DNA from: Alphaproteobacteria bacterium | Lineage (GTDB): Bacteria; Pseudomonadota; Alphaproteobacteria; JAIXQD01 | Reading direction: 5' to 3' | Assembly: GCA_965246895.1 (NCBI GenBank) | Contig: OZ251993.1 | Location: forward strand, 640,490 to 704,489 | DNA: 64,000 nucleotides | In this document: one piece after another, positions 1 to 9,627 of the stretch | How the letters are laid out: the number at the start of each line of letters is the position of its first letter | How positions within the stretch are numbered: position 1 is the first letter of the stretch | Position numbers and translations under genes: made by a program | Notes under the pieces: generated by a model | Told to the model about the DNA's origin: nothing | Seen by the model: the letters and a program-made list of their open reading frames with translations, nothing else | Database searches by the model: none

Positions 1-1
1 A

Positions 2-190
2 CCAAACCAAGATACGCCGCTAATGCAAAGCAAGCCCGTGCTGTTCGGCAATGATGTATGGGAGCATGCCTATTATCTTAGCTACCGTAACCGGCGTGGC
101 GAATATCTGCAGAACTGGTGGAAGGTGCTCGATTGGTCAAAGGTGACCGAGCGTCATACTCAAATCAAGGCTGGCAAGGTCATCGTCTAA
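2..190 (+). CDS. Fe/Mn superoxide dismutase, C-terminal fragment (5' end outside window)
   Basis: Frame-2 translation ...LFGNDVWEHAYYLSYRNRRGEYLQNWWKVLDWSKV... matches the conserved SOD C-terminus (DVWEHAYYL); stop TAA at 188-190. Confidence 0.85.
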   Translation, partial: PNQDTPLMQSKPVLFGNDVWEHAYYLSYRNRRGEYLQNWWKVLDWSKVTERHTQIKAGKVIV

Positions 191-204
191 TATAGCATTC
201 ATGA

Positions 205-236
205 AACTGGCGCATTCTTCAATGAGTGCGCCAGTT
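205..236. terminator. Inverted repeat between convergent SOD and phosphatase genes (possible bidirectional terminator)
   Basis: aactggcgca / tgcgccagtt 10-bp stems with a 12-nt loop; weak U-tract. Confidence 0.35.
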
Positions 237-237
237 C

Positions 238-822
238 TTATGAGCCTTCGTAGCCCAGCACTGGCTCGAAATCCTCAAAGCTATCGTTCATGGCATAAGC
301 CGAATTAAAGTAGAGCGGCAGATGCCCATAGAGTAGCGATAGTTGCAATTCTGAATAAAACTCACTTTTTTTGGAGATCGCTGCCAGGTAAAGCGCAGCT
401 GCCAAACCAGTGCGGTCGGAACCACCCTGGCAGTGAATCAACAATGGTTTTTGTGCGTTTTTCATAATACCGATGAGCGCGATTAGCTGCGCATCGTCAC
501 TATATTTTGAAGCTTTCATGCGAAAGTCTAAATGCTTGGCACCAGCCTGTTCGGTTGCTGCAACTTCCGCATCGTACCAGGCCTCACCCGGATTTTTGCC
601 GCGCAGGTTCAACACTGTGCGAATTTGATGCTCTGCAATCTTTTGCGACAACTTTTCTGGCGTTAATTGTCCAGACCGGTATAATTCGCCAGGCATGACC
701 TCGTGAAAATTACCGGAGGCATGCAGTGCGCCTACATATATGCCGACTGATAAAATGACCGAACCTGCGAGCGCCAAACAGGCAAAGGTCAAGCTGTTAA
801 ATTTGGAACGGAGCAAGGGCAT
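238..822 (-). CDS. Membrane-anchored protein tyrosine/dual-specificity phosphatase
   Basis: CX5R P-loop HCQGGSDRTG; N-terminal hydrophobic segment; start moved to Met59 of the track ORF (signal/TM-like MPLLRSKFNSLTFACLALAGSV). Confidence 0.7.
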   Translation of the reverse strand: MPLLRSKFNSLTFACLALAGSVILSVGIYVGALHASGNFHEVMPGELYRSGQLTPEKLSQKIAEHQIRTVLNLRGKNPGEAWYDAEVAATEQAGAKHLDFRMKASKYSDDAQLIALIGIMKNAQKPLLIHCQGGSDRTGLAAALYLAAISKKSEFYSELQLSLLYGHLPLYFNSAYAMNDSFEDFEPVLGYEGS

Positions 823-897
823 CAAGGCAATCCTAAATCTATATCGCAGTTTTAAAGATATTAAGCTTCGTTGTGAAGGCAAATAACAGGAGGAACC

Positions 898-1149
898 ATG
901 GACTTGAAAGACAATACAGCTCAACAGCGGCTCGAACTTGAGGTCGCAGGGCAGGTGGTGTTCTGCAACTATCGTCGCGATGGCAAGATTATTCATTTAA
1001 CGCATGTTGAGGCGCCGTTTGCGTTGCGTGGAAGCGGAGCCGCCGGGCAATTGATGCAGGCTATCGTCAATTGGGCCAAATTAGAGCAATTGGAATTAAT
1101 GCCCGTCTGTTCCTATGCTGTGCATTGGCTACGTCGTCACGCGGCCTGA
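898..1149 (+). CDS. Small GNAT-like N-acetyltransferase (YjdJ/Acetyltransf_CG-like, ~83 aa)
   Basis: Strong RBS AGGAGG 8 nt upstream; sequence pattern typical of short GNAT-fold proteins. Confidence 0.55.
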   Translation: MDLKDNTAQQRLELEVAGQVVFCNYRRDGKIIHLTHVEAPFALRGSGAAGQLMQAIVNWAKLEQLELMPVCSYAVHWLRRHAA

Positions 1150-2033
1150 CGAATCTCAACGCTATCGGTTTGCATGCTGTTGATGGCCGCCGCACGGGCC
1201 GCTTCGCGAGCTACCGTCTGCTCTGCCGGAATCTTGCTGACCCGATATTCAATGACGCGCCAGGCGATTGCATCAAACAAGCGGTTTAGCCAGCCGCCGC
1301 GGCTAATGCCGACAACCGTGCCCAGCATTGATACCATGGTTGCCACATGCTGACGCTGATACAGCGGATAGACTGTGTTTAGATAGTGCCGCATATGGCG
1401 CTTGTGTTCATAAGCACCAGGATCGGTACTAAGGTTAGCCGCATAAAATGCATAGGCTAGTTCGTCATCCTCACTCTCGGCAATACGTCCCAGCGCGATC
1501 TGCAAGCGTTTTATCAAGCCCAGCCCATCGCGTTTCAGCAGCTTTTGGCCATGGGTTAGGAACATGCGGTAATGGGCATGCTCGTCGCGCGCGATTAAGC
1601 CGCAGATCTGCCGGTGCACAGGCTCCAACGTATAATCCCGGATGGCAGTATAATAGGCGCTCGTGCCAATTTCCACGATGCAACGCGCCACCATCTCGCC
1701 AGCCTGACTACCGCGTACAGACGTTATGACATTTTGCGGTAGCTGATAGCCGGTGGTAAAGGTCGTAAAGCTTTTATCGAAATCGAAAGTCGGATCGGCC
1801 AGTTCGGCCCAGCGGCGCAAAGCGCGGCCATGCTGCACTTCTTCTTCCGCCCAATCGCTCGCAATCTGTTTATATTCTGGCATGTCATGGAAGACCTCGC
1901 TTAGATAGCGCGCATACTCGCGGCCGTTATGCTCGACCATGCAGGCAGCCTTTGCGATCGCCAGCAGGCCGGGCTCGACCTTGCTTGCATCAAATTTCGT
2001 CCAGTCAATATCGTCGAGAGTCCAGCGTGCCAT
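1137..2033 (-). CDS. Ferritin-like diiron-carboxylate protein (AurF/desaturase-like)
   Basis: Two E...ExxH motifs (EEEVQHG, ARDEHAHY); ~300 aa. Confidence 0.55.
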   Translation of the reverse strand: MARWTLDDIDWTKFDASKVEPGLLAIAKAACMVEHNGREYARYLSEVFHDMPEYKQIASDWAEEEVQHGRALRRWAELADPTFDFDKSFTTFTTGYQLPQNVITSVRGSQAGEMVARCIVEIGTSAYYTAIRDYTLEPVHRQICGLIARDEHAHYRMFLTHGQKLLKRDGLGLIKRLQIALGRIAESEDDELAYAFYAANLSTDPGAYEHKRHMRHYLNTVYPLYQRQHVATMVSMLGTVVGISRGGWLNRLFDAIAWRVIEYRVSKIPAEQTVAREAARAAAINSMQTDSVEIRQAA

Positions 2034-2063
2034 GTTATTCTTTTTGCAATGCAATAAGTCTTA

Positions 2064-3155
2064 TTAATGACGGGCCTTAACGGGTTTTTCAAGATATTTA
2101 CGTAAATGTAGCAGTGTGTTGCGTTCAGCCTCGGTCAATGCTGCCAGCGCCGCCTTTTCTTTAGCGGCTGGTTTTAACTTAGCTAAACCAACCAATGAGC
2201 CATCCATGAAACTTTCGAAAATGGCAGGATGAATATAGCACTTACGGCAAATCGCGCGGGTATTGCCAAGTTTGCTGGCCACTTTGTCAATCGCGGCCAC
2301 AATTATTTTATTGGCTTTGGTTTTGGCACAGGTTTCCAGGCATAAAACTTCTGCCGCCAGCACAGTTCCGGCCCAGGTGCGAAAGTCTTTGGCTGTAAAG
2401 TCTTGGCCTGTGATCTCGCGCAGATAGTCGTTCACATGTGTCGAGCCGACGTCGCGGGGTGTACCGTCATCATCGACATATTTGAATAGTTCGTGCCCGT
2501 CGATTTCGGCGCAGCTTTTCACCACGCTGGCGATACGGCGGTCATTGATCGATAGGTTCCAGCTTTTTCCAGACTTTCCCGTAAACCGAAAGCTGATTTT
2601 GCTGCCCTTCACGTCAACATGCTGATTTTGCAGCGTAGTCAGCCCGAACGACTCGTTGCTTTTCGCGTATTCGGCATTGCCGACGCGGATCAGGGTTTTC
2701 TCAAGCAGACTGACCACAGTCGCGAGCACACGCTCGCGCGACAGGCTGCGTTGACGCAGATGGCTTTCGACTTGGGCACGAATTTTCGGCAATGCGGCGC
2801 CGAAAGCCAGCACATGCTCAAATTTAGAGCGGTCGCGCACCTCTCGCCATTTCGCGTGATAGCGATATTGCTTGCGGCCGCGGGCATCAAGGCCAGTTGC
2901 CTGGATATGGCCGTTAGCATAGGGGCAGATCCAAACATTTTCATAGGCCGGCGGCACGCCCAGACCTTTAATCCGCGCCAGCTGATCTGCATCTTTGATG
3001 GTGTTACCCTTTGCATCGTAATAGGCAAAAGTTTTGCCGCGCCGCTTCCGCGTAATGCCAGGTTTGGTATCCGTTACATACCGCAAGCCACCGCTGGCAG
3101 CCACGGCACGCGGTTCAATTGTATCTACGACGGGAATTTCAGCATCAGAAGGCAT
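2064..3155 (-). CDS. DNA topoisomerase IB (bacterial/poxvirus type)
   Basis: 363-aa ORF with Topo IB-like core; recalled family similarity. Confidence 0.7.
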   Translation of the reverse strand: MPSDAEIPVVDTIEPRAVAASGGLRYVTDTKPGITRKRRGKTFAYYDAKGNTIKDADQLARIKGLGVPPAYENVWICPYANGHIQATGLDARGRKQYRYHAKWREVRDRSKFEHVLAFGAALPKIRAQVESHLRQRSLSRERVLATVVSLLEKTLIRVGNAEYAKSNESFGLTTLQNQHVDVKGSKISFRFTGKSGKSWNLSINDRRIASVVKSCAEIDGHELFKYVDDDGTPRDVGSTHVNDYLREITGQDFTAKDFRTWAGTVLAAEVLCLETCAKTKANKIIVAAIDKVASKLGNTRAICRKCYIHPAIFESFMDGSLVGLAKLKPAAKEKAALAALTEAERNTLLHLRKYLEKPVKARH

Positions 3156-3205
3156 GCGGCCAGGCTATGATAGGCACTATAAGTTTTCTGGTGGTTAGTT
3201 GATAC

Positions 3206-3220
3206 CTGGCGGAGGAGGGG
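3206..3220. repeat. 15-bp direct repeat ctggcggaggagggg identical to the tRNA-Ser 3' end (distal att repeat of the island)
   Basis: Exact 15/15 match to 13718..13732; intergenic, at the high-GC to low-GC transition. Confidence 0.6.
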
Positions 3221-3376
3221 CGTGCCTAAACACTCCCCTAGTACTTTGATATGAAAGCCATTTTTCTTTGGCTTTGTCAAATCCGCCCGCACTTGCGCCC
3301 GTTTGATGTGTGGCTTTAACGTTACTCTATTGGAAAGTGCTGGACTAACTTTCCCATAAGTTTGTTTGTTGGCACT

Positions 3377-4312
3377 CTAAGCCGCATTTTCAAGCGCAAT
3401 ACTGTAGGTGCAATGGCTATTACCACGCTGTGATTTAGCAGCATACATGGCTTTATCCGCCAGCCGCATAATATCCTCGATATTATAATCCTGTGTAGCA
3501 TCACAAGTCATAATGCCAACGCTAATACCGCAATCGATTTCGATTGTTCCTACTTGAAGGCCGTCTTCAAATAAGTTTACGATTTTCTGTGCAATAATTT
3601 CTGTATCTTGTATCTTGGGTAAGCCTTCCAAAAGAACCGCAAATTCATCACCCCCAAAACGGGCGAGCGTGTCATAAGGCCGGAAAATCTTCTGCATGCC
3701 TGACGCAATTTCCTTCAGGAGCCTATCGCCCACAAGGTGGCCGTGCGTATCGTTTACTTGCTTAAAGCGATCCACATCGATGAACATAACGCTCAGGTTG
3801 CCGCCTATACGCTTTTGCCGAGCCAGAGCAAGTTCCAATCTGCTTTCAAAAAGTGACCTGTTGGCGAGGCCCGTTAACAAGTCATAGTTTGCACGGCGCA
3901 CCAGCGTTTCTTCAAATTCTTTCCTTAAGACGGCATAACGGACAGCGCGCCTGATCACATCTTCATCAAGCCTATCCTTGAATATATAGTCTTGCGCGCC
4001 TTGTCTGATCGCCTGATAGGCTGTTTCCTCATCTTGGTAGGCCGTCAAGAAGACTACTGGCATGCGCGGTGAGAGCGCCTGAATACTATGCAAGCCGTCA
4101 TAGCCTTCTGCATCTGGCAAGGAACGATCGAGCAATGCTATATCAAAATCTTCTTCCGATAAGCATTTAAGTGATGCCGCAAGGGTTGTTTCAGTCCGCA
4201 AAGTGTAATCTTGGGGCATAGCGCGTTTGATAGCCCGTTCGATAAGGATTGCATCGCCTACAGAGTCTTCGATCAATAAAATTCGGAGCGCAGTTTTGGT
4301 AAATGTATTCAT
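3377..4312 (-). CDS. Response regulator receiver + GGDEF diguanylate cyclase
   Basis: REC motifs (LLIEDS...LLDRSLPD), GGDEF active site GGDEFAVLL, RxxD-like region. Confidence 0.85.
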   Translation of the reverse strand: MNTFTKTALRILLIEDSVGDAILIERAIKRAMPQDYTLRTETTLAASLKCLSEEDFDIALLDRSLPDAEGYDGLHSIQALSPRMPVVFLTAYQDEETAYQAIRQGAQDYIFKDRLDEDVIRRAVRYAVLRKEFEETLVRRANYDLLTGLANRSLFESRLELALARQKRIGGNLSVMFIDVDRFKQVNDTHGHLVGDRLLKEIASGMQKIFRPYDTLARFGGDEFAVLLEGLPKIQDTEIIAQKIVNLFEDGLQVGTIEIDCGISVGIMTCDATQDYNIEDIMRLADKAMYAAKSQRGNSHCTYSIALENAA

Positions 4313-5028
4313 GATTGCACATCTCCGTTAGGCAAGGATAAAAAGAATGTTGAGCCGTGGCCAAGTTCGGACTCAATCCAGAGTCGACCCTTTAGTCGCT
4401 CAGCAATTTTGCCCGCTAGTGTCAAGCCGATGCCAACGCCCTGATAATCTTCATCGCGATGAAGTTTTTGAAAAATCTTAAAAATTCTCTCTTGGTAACA
4501 TGGATCAATGCCAATGCCATTATCCTTGATTGCAAAAGCGATCGTGTCGGCTGTCGCTTGCGCCGAGATTGAAATCTGCGGAGCACAGTTTTTAGCATGA
4601 AACTTAAGGGCATTATCCAGCAGTGTAAGAAAAATCTTTTTTAGTCCCGCACCATCCGTATAAATGGTCGGTAATATACCAATTGATAGGACGGCATTGG
4701 TCTCTCTAATTCGATCAGACAAAGCATTCTGGCAGTTTTCCATAACGGCGATGCTATCGATTTTTTCAGGATTAAAAGACATGCTGGAAAGGCGAGAATA
4801 TTCCAACAATCCATCCATCATAGCCTGCATTTTTTGGCCGCTTTGAATAATGATTGATAGGTATTCGTTTTCTTCTTCGCTGAATGCTACTGCCTGTGAT
4901 GCTCCCAAAAGTTTTGAAAACTCGACCATGGCGCGAACAGGTGCGCTAAGATCATGGGAAACGCGATGAGCGAAATCCTTATAATCTTCCGCCAGTGTAT
5001 CGTATGCGCGTTTTAGATCGTTCGGCAT
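4309..5028 (-). CDS. Cytoplasmic histidine kinase (HisKA + HATPase_c)
   Basis: H-box HRVSHDLSAPVRAM; G-boxes DNGIGID, GVGIGLTLAGKI; 4-nt overlap with downstream gene. Confidence 0.8.
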   Translation of the reverse strand: MPNDLKRAYDTLAEDYKDFAHRVSHDLSAPVRAMVEFSKLLGASQAVAFSEEENEYLSIIIQSGQKMQAMMDGLLEYSRLSSMSFNPEKIDSIAVMENCQNALSDRIRETNAVLSIGILPTIYTDGAGLKKIFLTLLDNALKFHAKNCAPQISISAQATADTIAFAIKDNGIGIDPCYQERIFKIFQKLHRDEDYQGVGIGLTLAGKIAERLKGRLWIESELGHGSTFFLSLPNGDVQS

Positions 5029-5031
5029 TGG

Positions 5032-5502
5032 TTAGCTCTTGGACGCAGTCATGAGGCTATGTGGCAGGACAGCAAGTGAAAACCAGAACTTCTCTAAAGT
5101 ATCGACAACCTCGATGAATTTTTCTGCATTCATCGGTTTCACGACATAGGCATTGGCATGCAGCTTATAGCTGCGAATAACATCCTGCTCAGCCCGCGAA
5201 CTTGACAGGATAACAACGGGGATATGGCTAACCTTGGGATCGTTCTTAATAAAATCAAGTACATCATGGCCACTCATTTGCGGCAGGTTAAGGTCGAGTA
5301 GAATAAGGTCAGGCGTTAAGCTTTCGGCATAAGGCTGTTCCTTTTTCAAATAAGCGACTGCATCTTCCCCGCTAGTAACGACGGTCAGCTCATTCGATAT
5401 TTTTGACTCGCGGAAGGCCCGCTTAGTCAGAATGATGTCACCCTTATTGTCTTCAACTAGCAGGATTCTAGCTGCGCGTTGCGCTTGTCTGAAGTCATTC
5501 AT
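5032..5502 (-). CDS. Single-domain response regulator (CheY-like)
   Basis: ILLVEDN...LILLDLNLP...VVKP. Confidence 0.85.
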   Translation of the reverse strand: MNDFRQAQRAARILLVEDNKGDIILTKRAFRESKISNELTVVTSGEDAVAYLKKEQPYAESLTPDLILLDLNLPQMSGHDVLDFIKNDPKVSHIPVVILSSSRAEQDVIRSYKLHANAYVVKPMNAEKFIEVVDTLEKFWFSLAVLPHSLMTASKS

Positions 5503-8011
5503 GGTTGGTTCTTTCTAAATCTGCCGCTTCTTTGTTCGGAAGTGTGAAGTGGAATATACTGCCCTTACCTTTTTGCGAAGTGACCCAGATTCTACCGCCG
5601 AAATTTTTGACTATCTTCTCGCAAATAGCGAGTCCTATCCCCGTACCTTTTATATCCGTCCAGTTATGCAGACGACGGAAGGGCTGGAAAATTTGCGTGA
5701 GAAACTTTTCATCTATACCAAGACCGTTATCTGCAACTTTGATCAACCATTCATCCGGCAGCTCCTCTGCGCTCACATGAATTTCCGGATGATTGCCAAC
5801 TGGCTGGTATTTTAAACCGTTCGTAATAAGGTTTTGTAATAACCTCGCAAATTGCAGAGGATTGCCGACGACGATAGGTAGCGGGTCATGTGTGATTTTG
5901 GCATGCTTTTCCTGAATCAGGTTGGAAAGACTTTGCAGCACAATCTGTAGTTCTGTTTCACAGTCTACACAGGCTGCAATCTGATTTTCCTTATTTACCC
6001 GCGCAAATTCTAACAAGTCGTTGATCATGGCCTGCATTCTTGTCCCGGCATTATTCACCAGATCCAAATATTCTCGTCCGGTTTCATCCAGTATGGTACT
6101 GTAATCATCGGTAATAATTTTGCTAAAATTAGTAATCATGCGCAATGGTTCCTGCATATCGTGTGATGCAACATAGGCAAAACGCTCAAGCTCAATGTTT
6201 GACTCGCTTAATTTTTCGAGCAGGCTATTGCGCTGATATTCTGATTCTTTGCGTTGCGAAATATCATCGCTGACACCAAGTATGAGCGGTTTTCCTTCAG
6301 AGTTATAAAAGCGTACTTTGACCGTTTGAACATCGCGCGTTTTGCCATCAGGAAAAGTGACTTTTTCTTCATACTGTACAAAACCTTCTTCAAAAGCCTT
6401 GCGATCCATTTCTAGGAATTCATTTGCTTCGTCTTCCCGGTAACTTTCTAAAGTTGTGGTGCCGACAACGCTTTCCCGGACTTCCGGCGGGTAAAGCGAC
6501 AGGAATGCAGAATTTGCCCGGATAATTTTGAAACTCTCGTCTTTAACAAAAAGATAGGAGGGAATAGTTTCAAGCACGAGATTTTGTAACTGCAGTGCAG
6601 CTTCAAGTTTTTTTTCCGCCAGCTTGCGATTGCTTATGTCATCAACAGAGCCAGCCATGTACAGCGGCTTATTGTCGCTATCCCAAATCGCAAGCCCAGT
6701 CGCCCTGATCCATACATAGTGGCCATTAGTATGACGAAGCCTGTATTCTATATCGTATGCCGTTTTATGATTCAGGTGATTTGCCACGGCCTGTTCTGTT
6801 GCCACTTGGTCGTCGGGATGCAGCCAGGTTAGGAATTGTTCGTATGTGAATGTATGGGCGAAGCTTTTATGGCCTAAAATCTCTTTGAATCGCTCTGACC
6901 AGAAGATGACATTATCTTCCATGTTCCAGCCCCAGACACCAACGCTCATACCTTTAAGAGCCAGACTGTAACGCGTTTCTTTTTCACTAATTTCCGTATT
7001 TAACTGTGCCAGAATATGGGCATGGACGCGACTCGATATAATGAAGAGCGTGGCCAAGGAGGCAAGTAACCCAATTACAAATCCTGCCAGTAAAAGCATC
7101 AATGGCAATAATGATTGTTGGGATTTAATCAGGCCTTGGGTTGGCGAGATATGCAACCGCCAGCTTTTATCGTAGATCTGAATATTCTTATCAATTGCAT
7201 ATTTGTTTCCTGAATTAATTTGGCTTGTGAGGCTTGTGAGGCTTGTGAGGCTTGTGAGGCTTGTGAGGCTTGCAAAATAACCTTTGCCGGCGAGAGCAGC
7301 GGTTCCCCCATTGTCGGCGTCAGTAATCTTATTAGAAAAATAGGCCTTGCCGTTGTACGTGATTGTAACCTTAAAGCGATCCTTGGCTTCTGTCTTTATA
7401 GTCTGCCCGAAAAAATCCTCGATGGAAAAAAGGCCAGCAATAAAGCCATCGAAGTGACCGTTTATTTTTAGGGGTAGGTAGGCGATGAAGGCATTGTAAC
7501 CCTGCACCAAAGACAGCGGCGGCGTCAGAGTGGTTCGATCTGTTTCTGCAGCGCCCTTAAGGGCATCTTCTCTTTCCTTGTTGAAAAGGACATTAAGGCC
7601 TATGGCTTTTTCATTGCCTTCGAGCGGTACAACCCACTTCACACGATATGTGTTATCTACCCACTCGATTGTTTTAAGGCCGCTAAGATGGTCGATATAA
7701 TTAGCAGCATCAGCTTTCCAGACCTTTTCTGGGGTACCTTCTGCCACGACCCAGCGCGCAGCCATACGGGCTAAGGCCGACAGCTTATCGCTAGTTTGGT
7801 TAAGAATTAACTGCTCAATTTTTGTGCTTTCTGTTTCTATGTATAGTTGGATGCCTTGCTCTTCTTTCTCACGTAGTTTTTGTGATGCCCACAAAAACGC
7901 AGAAAATAGAAGCAAGAATATTAATATGGAGAAAACCAGCGGATAAGTGTGACGAGCTTCCAAAAAGAATTTTTTTTGAGCCGTTGACGGGATGATTTTA
8001 CTGAATGGCAA
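5495..8011 (-). CDS. Sensor histidine kinase with periplasmic CHASE-like domain, two PAS/PAC domains, HisKA and HATPase
   Basis: Two TM segments bracketing a ~280-aa periplasmic domain; PAS signatures; H-box ASHDMQEPLRMI; G-box DNGLGID...GTGIGLAICEKI. Confidence 0.8.
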   Translation of the reverse strand: MPFSKIIPSTAQKKFFLEARHTYPLVFSILIFLLLFSAFLWASQKLREKEEQGIQLYIETESTKIEQLILNQTSDKLSALARMAARWVVAEGTPEKVWKADAANYIDHLSGLKTIEWVDNTYRVKWVVPLEGNEKAIGLNVLFNKEREDALKGAAETDRTTLTPPLSLVQGYNAFIAYLPLKINGHFDGFIAGLFSIEDFFGQTIKTEAKDRFKVTITYNGKAYFSNKITDADNGGTAALAGKGYFASLTSLTSLTSLTSLTSQINSGNKYAIDKNIQIYDKSWRLHISPTQGLIKSQQSLLPLMLLLAGFVIGLLASLATLFIISSRVHAHILAQLNTEISEKETRYSLALKGMSVGVWGWNMEDNVIFWSERFKEILGHKSFAHTFTYEQFLTWLHPDDQVATEQAVANHLNHKTAYDIEYRLRHTNGHYVWIRATGLAIWDSDNKPLYMAGSVDDISNRKLAEKKLEAALQLQNLVLETIPSYLFVKDESFKIIRANSAFLSLYPPEVRESVVGTTTLESYREDEANEFLEMDRKAFEEGFVQYEEKVTFPDGKTRDVQTVKVRFYNSEGKPLILGVSDDISQRKESEYQRNSLLEKLSESNIELERFAYVASHDMQEPLRMITNFSKIITDDYSTILDETGREYLDLVNNAGTRMQAMINDLLEFARVNKENQIAACVDCETELQIVLQSLSNLIQEKHAKITHDPLPIVVGNPLQFARLLQNLITNGLKYQPVGNHPEIHVSAEELPDEWLIKVADNGLGIDEKFLTQIFQPFRRLHNWTDIKGTGIGLAICEKIVKNFGGRIWVTSQKGKGSIFHFTLPNKEAADLERTNHE
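7222..7266. repeat. Perfect 9-bp tandem repeat (ggcttgtga) x5, in frame in the kinase periplasmic domain (SLT x5)
   Basis: Read directly: five identical 9-mers plus a partial sixth. Confidence 0.9.
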
Positions 8012-8020
8012 GGCGGCCCA

Positions 8021-8512
8021 CTATCGTGTCGATTGAACAAGTTGCAAAATATGGTTGAGCATCATCGGGTCGCAAGGTTTAGGAATATAACCAAGCATGC
8101 AAAGGTTAGTGCCCTTGCAAATATACTGAAAGTTATCATGCCCCGTTAGAATAACGATTGGTACTGACCGAATAACAGGCGTAGCTAGACTTAACTCCTC
8201 AAGAACCTCGAAACCGTTCATCGTTGGCAGGCAAAGATCAAGCAGGATAACATCAGGTAAATTGCCTTCACGAGCCTCTATACAATGCCAAAGATAAGGA
8301 AGCACCTCGGTACCGTTATGTAGCACTTTCAAGTCATGCTCAAAATGAGTTGAATTGATTGAGTTGCGCGTCAAGATTTCATCAGTGCGCGCATCTTCGA
8401 CTAGAAGTATGTTTAATGAATCCGGGTACAGCATATTGCGAAACGCAGGTGCTTCTGCACTTACATCTTTTAAGGTTGAATAAGCCATAACATCATACTC
8501 CATTCGTTTCAA
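8021..8512 (-). CDS. Single-domain response regulator receiver
   Basis: LLVEDA...VILLDLCLP...IPKP. Confidence 0.75.
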   Translation of the reverse strand: MKRMEYDVMAYSTLKDVSAEAPAFRNMLYPDSLNILLVEDARTDEILTRNSINSTHFEHDLKVLHNGTEVLPYLWHCIEAREGNLPDVILLDLCLPTMNGFEVLEELSLATPVIRSVPIVILTGHDNFQYICKGTNLCMLGYIPKPCDPMMLNHILQLVQSTR

Positions 8513-8618
8513 AAGCTAACCTAATATGTCTTTGTTAAATATCTCTAAAATCAAATATGTATTTTGCGTATTGCAGTGTGGTAATTAATTATTAGGGGTT
8601 TTTATTCATTCTTCCAAA

Positions 8619-9251
8619 ATGATTACTATCGGACAAATAAGGGCAGGGCGGGCTTGGCTTAACTTAAGTCAAAGAGAACTAGCCCTTGCAGCCTCAATTT
8701 CTACCGGCACGCTTAACAATATAGAACGTGGCATGCAGACCGATCCTAAAATCAGCACCTTGAAGGCCATCCAACGAGCGTTGGAAGCTCAGGGCATCAA
8801 GTTTACTGAAAATGAAAAAGGCGAGTTTGGTCTTTTGTTTGTGACGGCTAACTTGAAACCAGACCGGCCTACGATTCTGATTATCGACGACAGTCTTGCC
8901 GATCGTACATTATATAAAGCATGGCTTTCTGGCCCTTTAGGCGGAAACTATAAGATCATCGAGGCCGATAATGGTATTGCTGGGGCCGAAATACTGGTTC
9001 AGCACAATCCAGCCTGCACCATTTTGGATTTTATGATGTACGGCAAAGATGGCTTTCAGATGCTGGTAGAAATGAAGCAGCAAGAAACGAAAATCCCACC
9101 GATCATTTTTGTTACGGCTATGCAGCATGATACTTTGGAAAGCGATGTAAAATCGCTAGGTGTCAATCTTTTCATTGATAAAAAAACTTTGACTGAGATG
9201 GCATTGAACGATGCAGTTGAAAAGATTCTAAATAAGAAATGGAAACCATAG
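8619..9251 (+). CDS. Reversed-architecture regulator: N-terminal XRE-type HTH + C-terminal receiver domain
   Basis: HTH_XRE-like LSQRELALAASISTGTLNNIERG; C-terminal REC ILIIDDS...CTILDFMMYGKDG...FVTAM. Confidence 0.7.
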   Translation: MITIGQIRAGRAWLNLSQRELALAASISTGTLNNIERGMQTDPKISTLKAIQRALEAQGIKFTENEKGEFGLLFVTANLKPDRPTILIIDDSLADRTLYKAWLSGPLGGNYKIIEADNGIAGAEILVQHNPACTILDFMMYGKDGFQMLVEMKQQETKIPPIIFVTAMQHDTLESDVKSLGVNLFIDKKTLTEMALNDAVEKILNKKWKP

Positions 9252-9394
9252 TTTTTTCCATTGTGAGTTTAGAAAAAGCTGACGCCAGGATAAAGCCGTT
9301 AGCCCCAAATTATCCAACCAAGTGCTAGCCCAACAAGACAGCTTGAAAAGGCTACGAACACATAAGCGATTACTATCGGTGAAAGATTGTCGTT

Positions 9395-9626
9395 TTCCAT
9401 TGCCACCCCTTTCTGCGGGGTGGCCGGAGGTGGTAACCGTCTAAAGAAACGGCGCAACGCCTTTGGGCTTACGCCTTGGACATAACGCTGCCCTCCGGCC
9501 TAAGCCGAGGGGCATCTTTCCGGCAGATGCAATGCCGTCTCTAGTTGGGTTACCAGCCCAAGCAACGCCCGTTGTTGCGTTACAGGCATATCTAAACACC
9601 GGGAAGGCAAGCTTACAACCCACCTA
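9395..9626. other. GC-rich, highly structured non-coding element adjacent to the second integrase (att remnant or ncRNA?)
   Basis: Multiple perfect hairpins (ccacccc/ggggtgg; gcatc/gatgc; ttggg/cccaa; gcaac/gttgc; gccggagg/cctccggc); contains tggccggaggtgg, partly similar to the att core. Confidence 0.3.
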
Positions 9627-9627
9627 A

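Noticed and set aside
5505-5815. Two ~90-aa plus-strand ORFs overlapping the 3' end of the CHASE kinase gene
   Set aside because: They lie within a well-supported coding region on the opposite strand.
9441-9623. 60-aa ORF in the structured intergenic region
   Set aside because: It is driven by hairpin-rich GC sequence, with no start context.
9395-9626. tmRNA (ssrA) or tRNA as integration target next to the second integrase
   Set aside because: There is no tRNA-like acceptor/T-arm (GGTTCGA...CCA) and no ANDN-type tag reading frame on either strand. It is kept only as an unclassified structured element.
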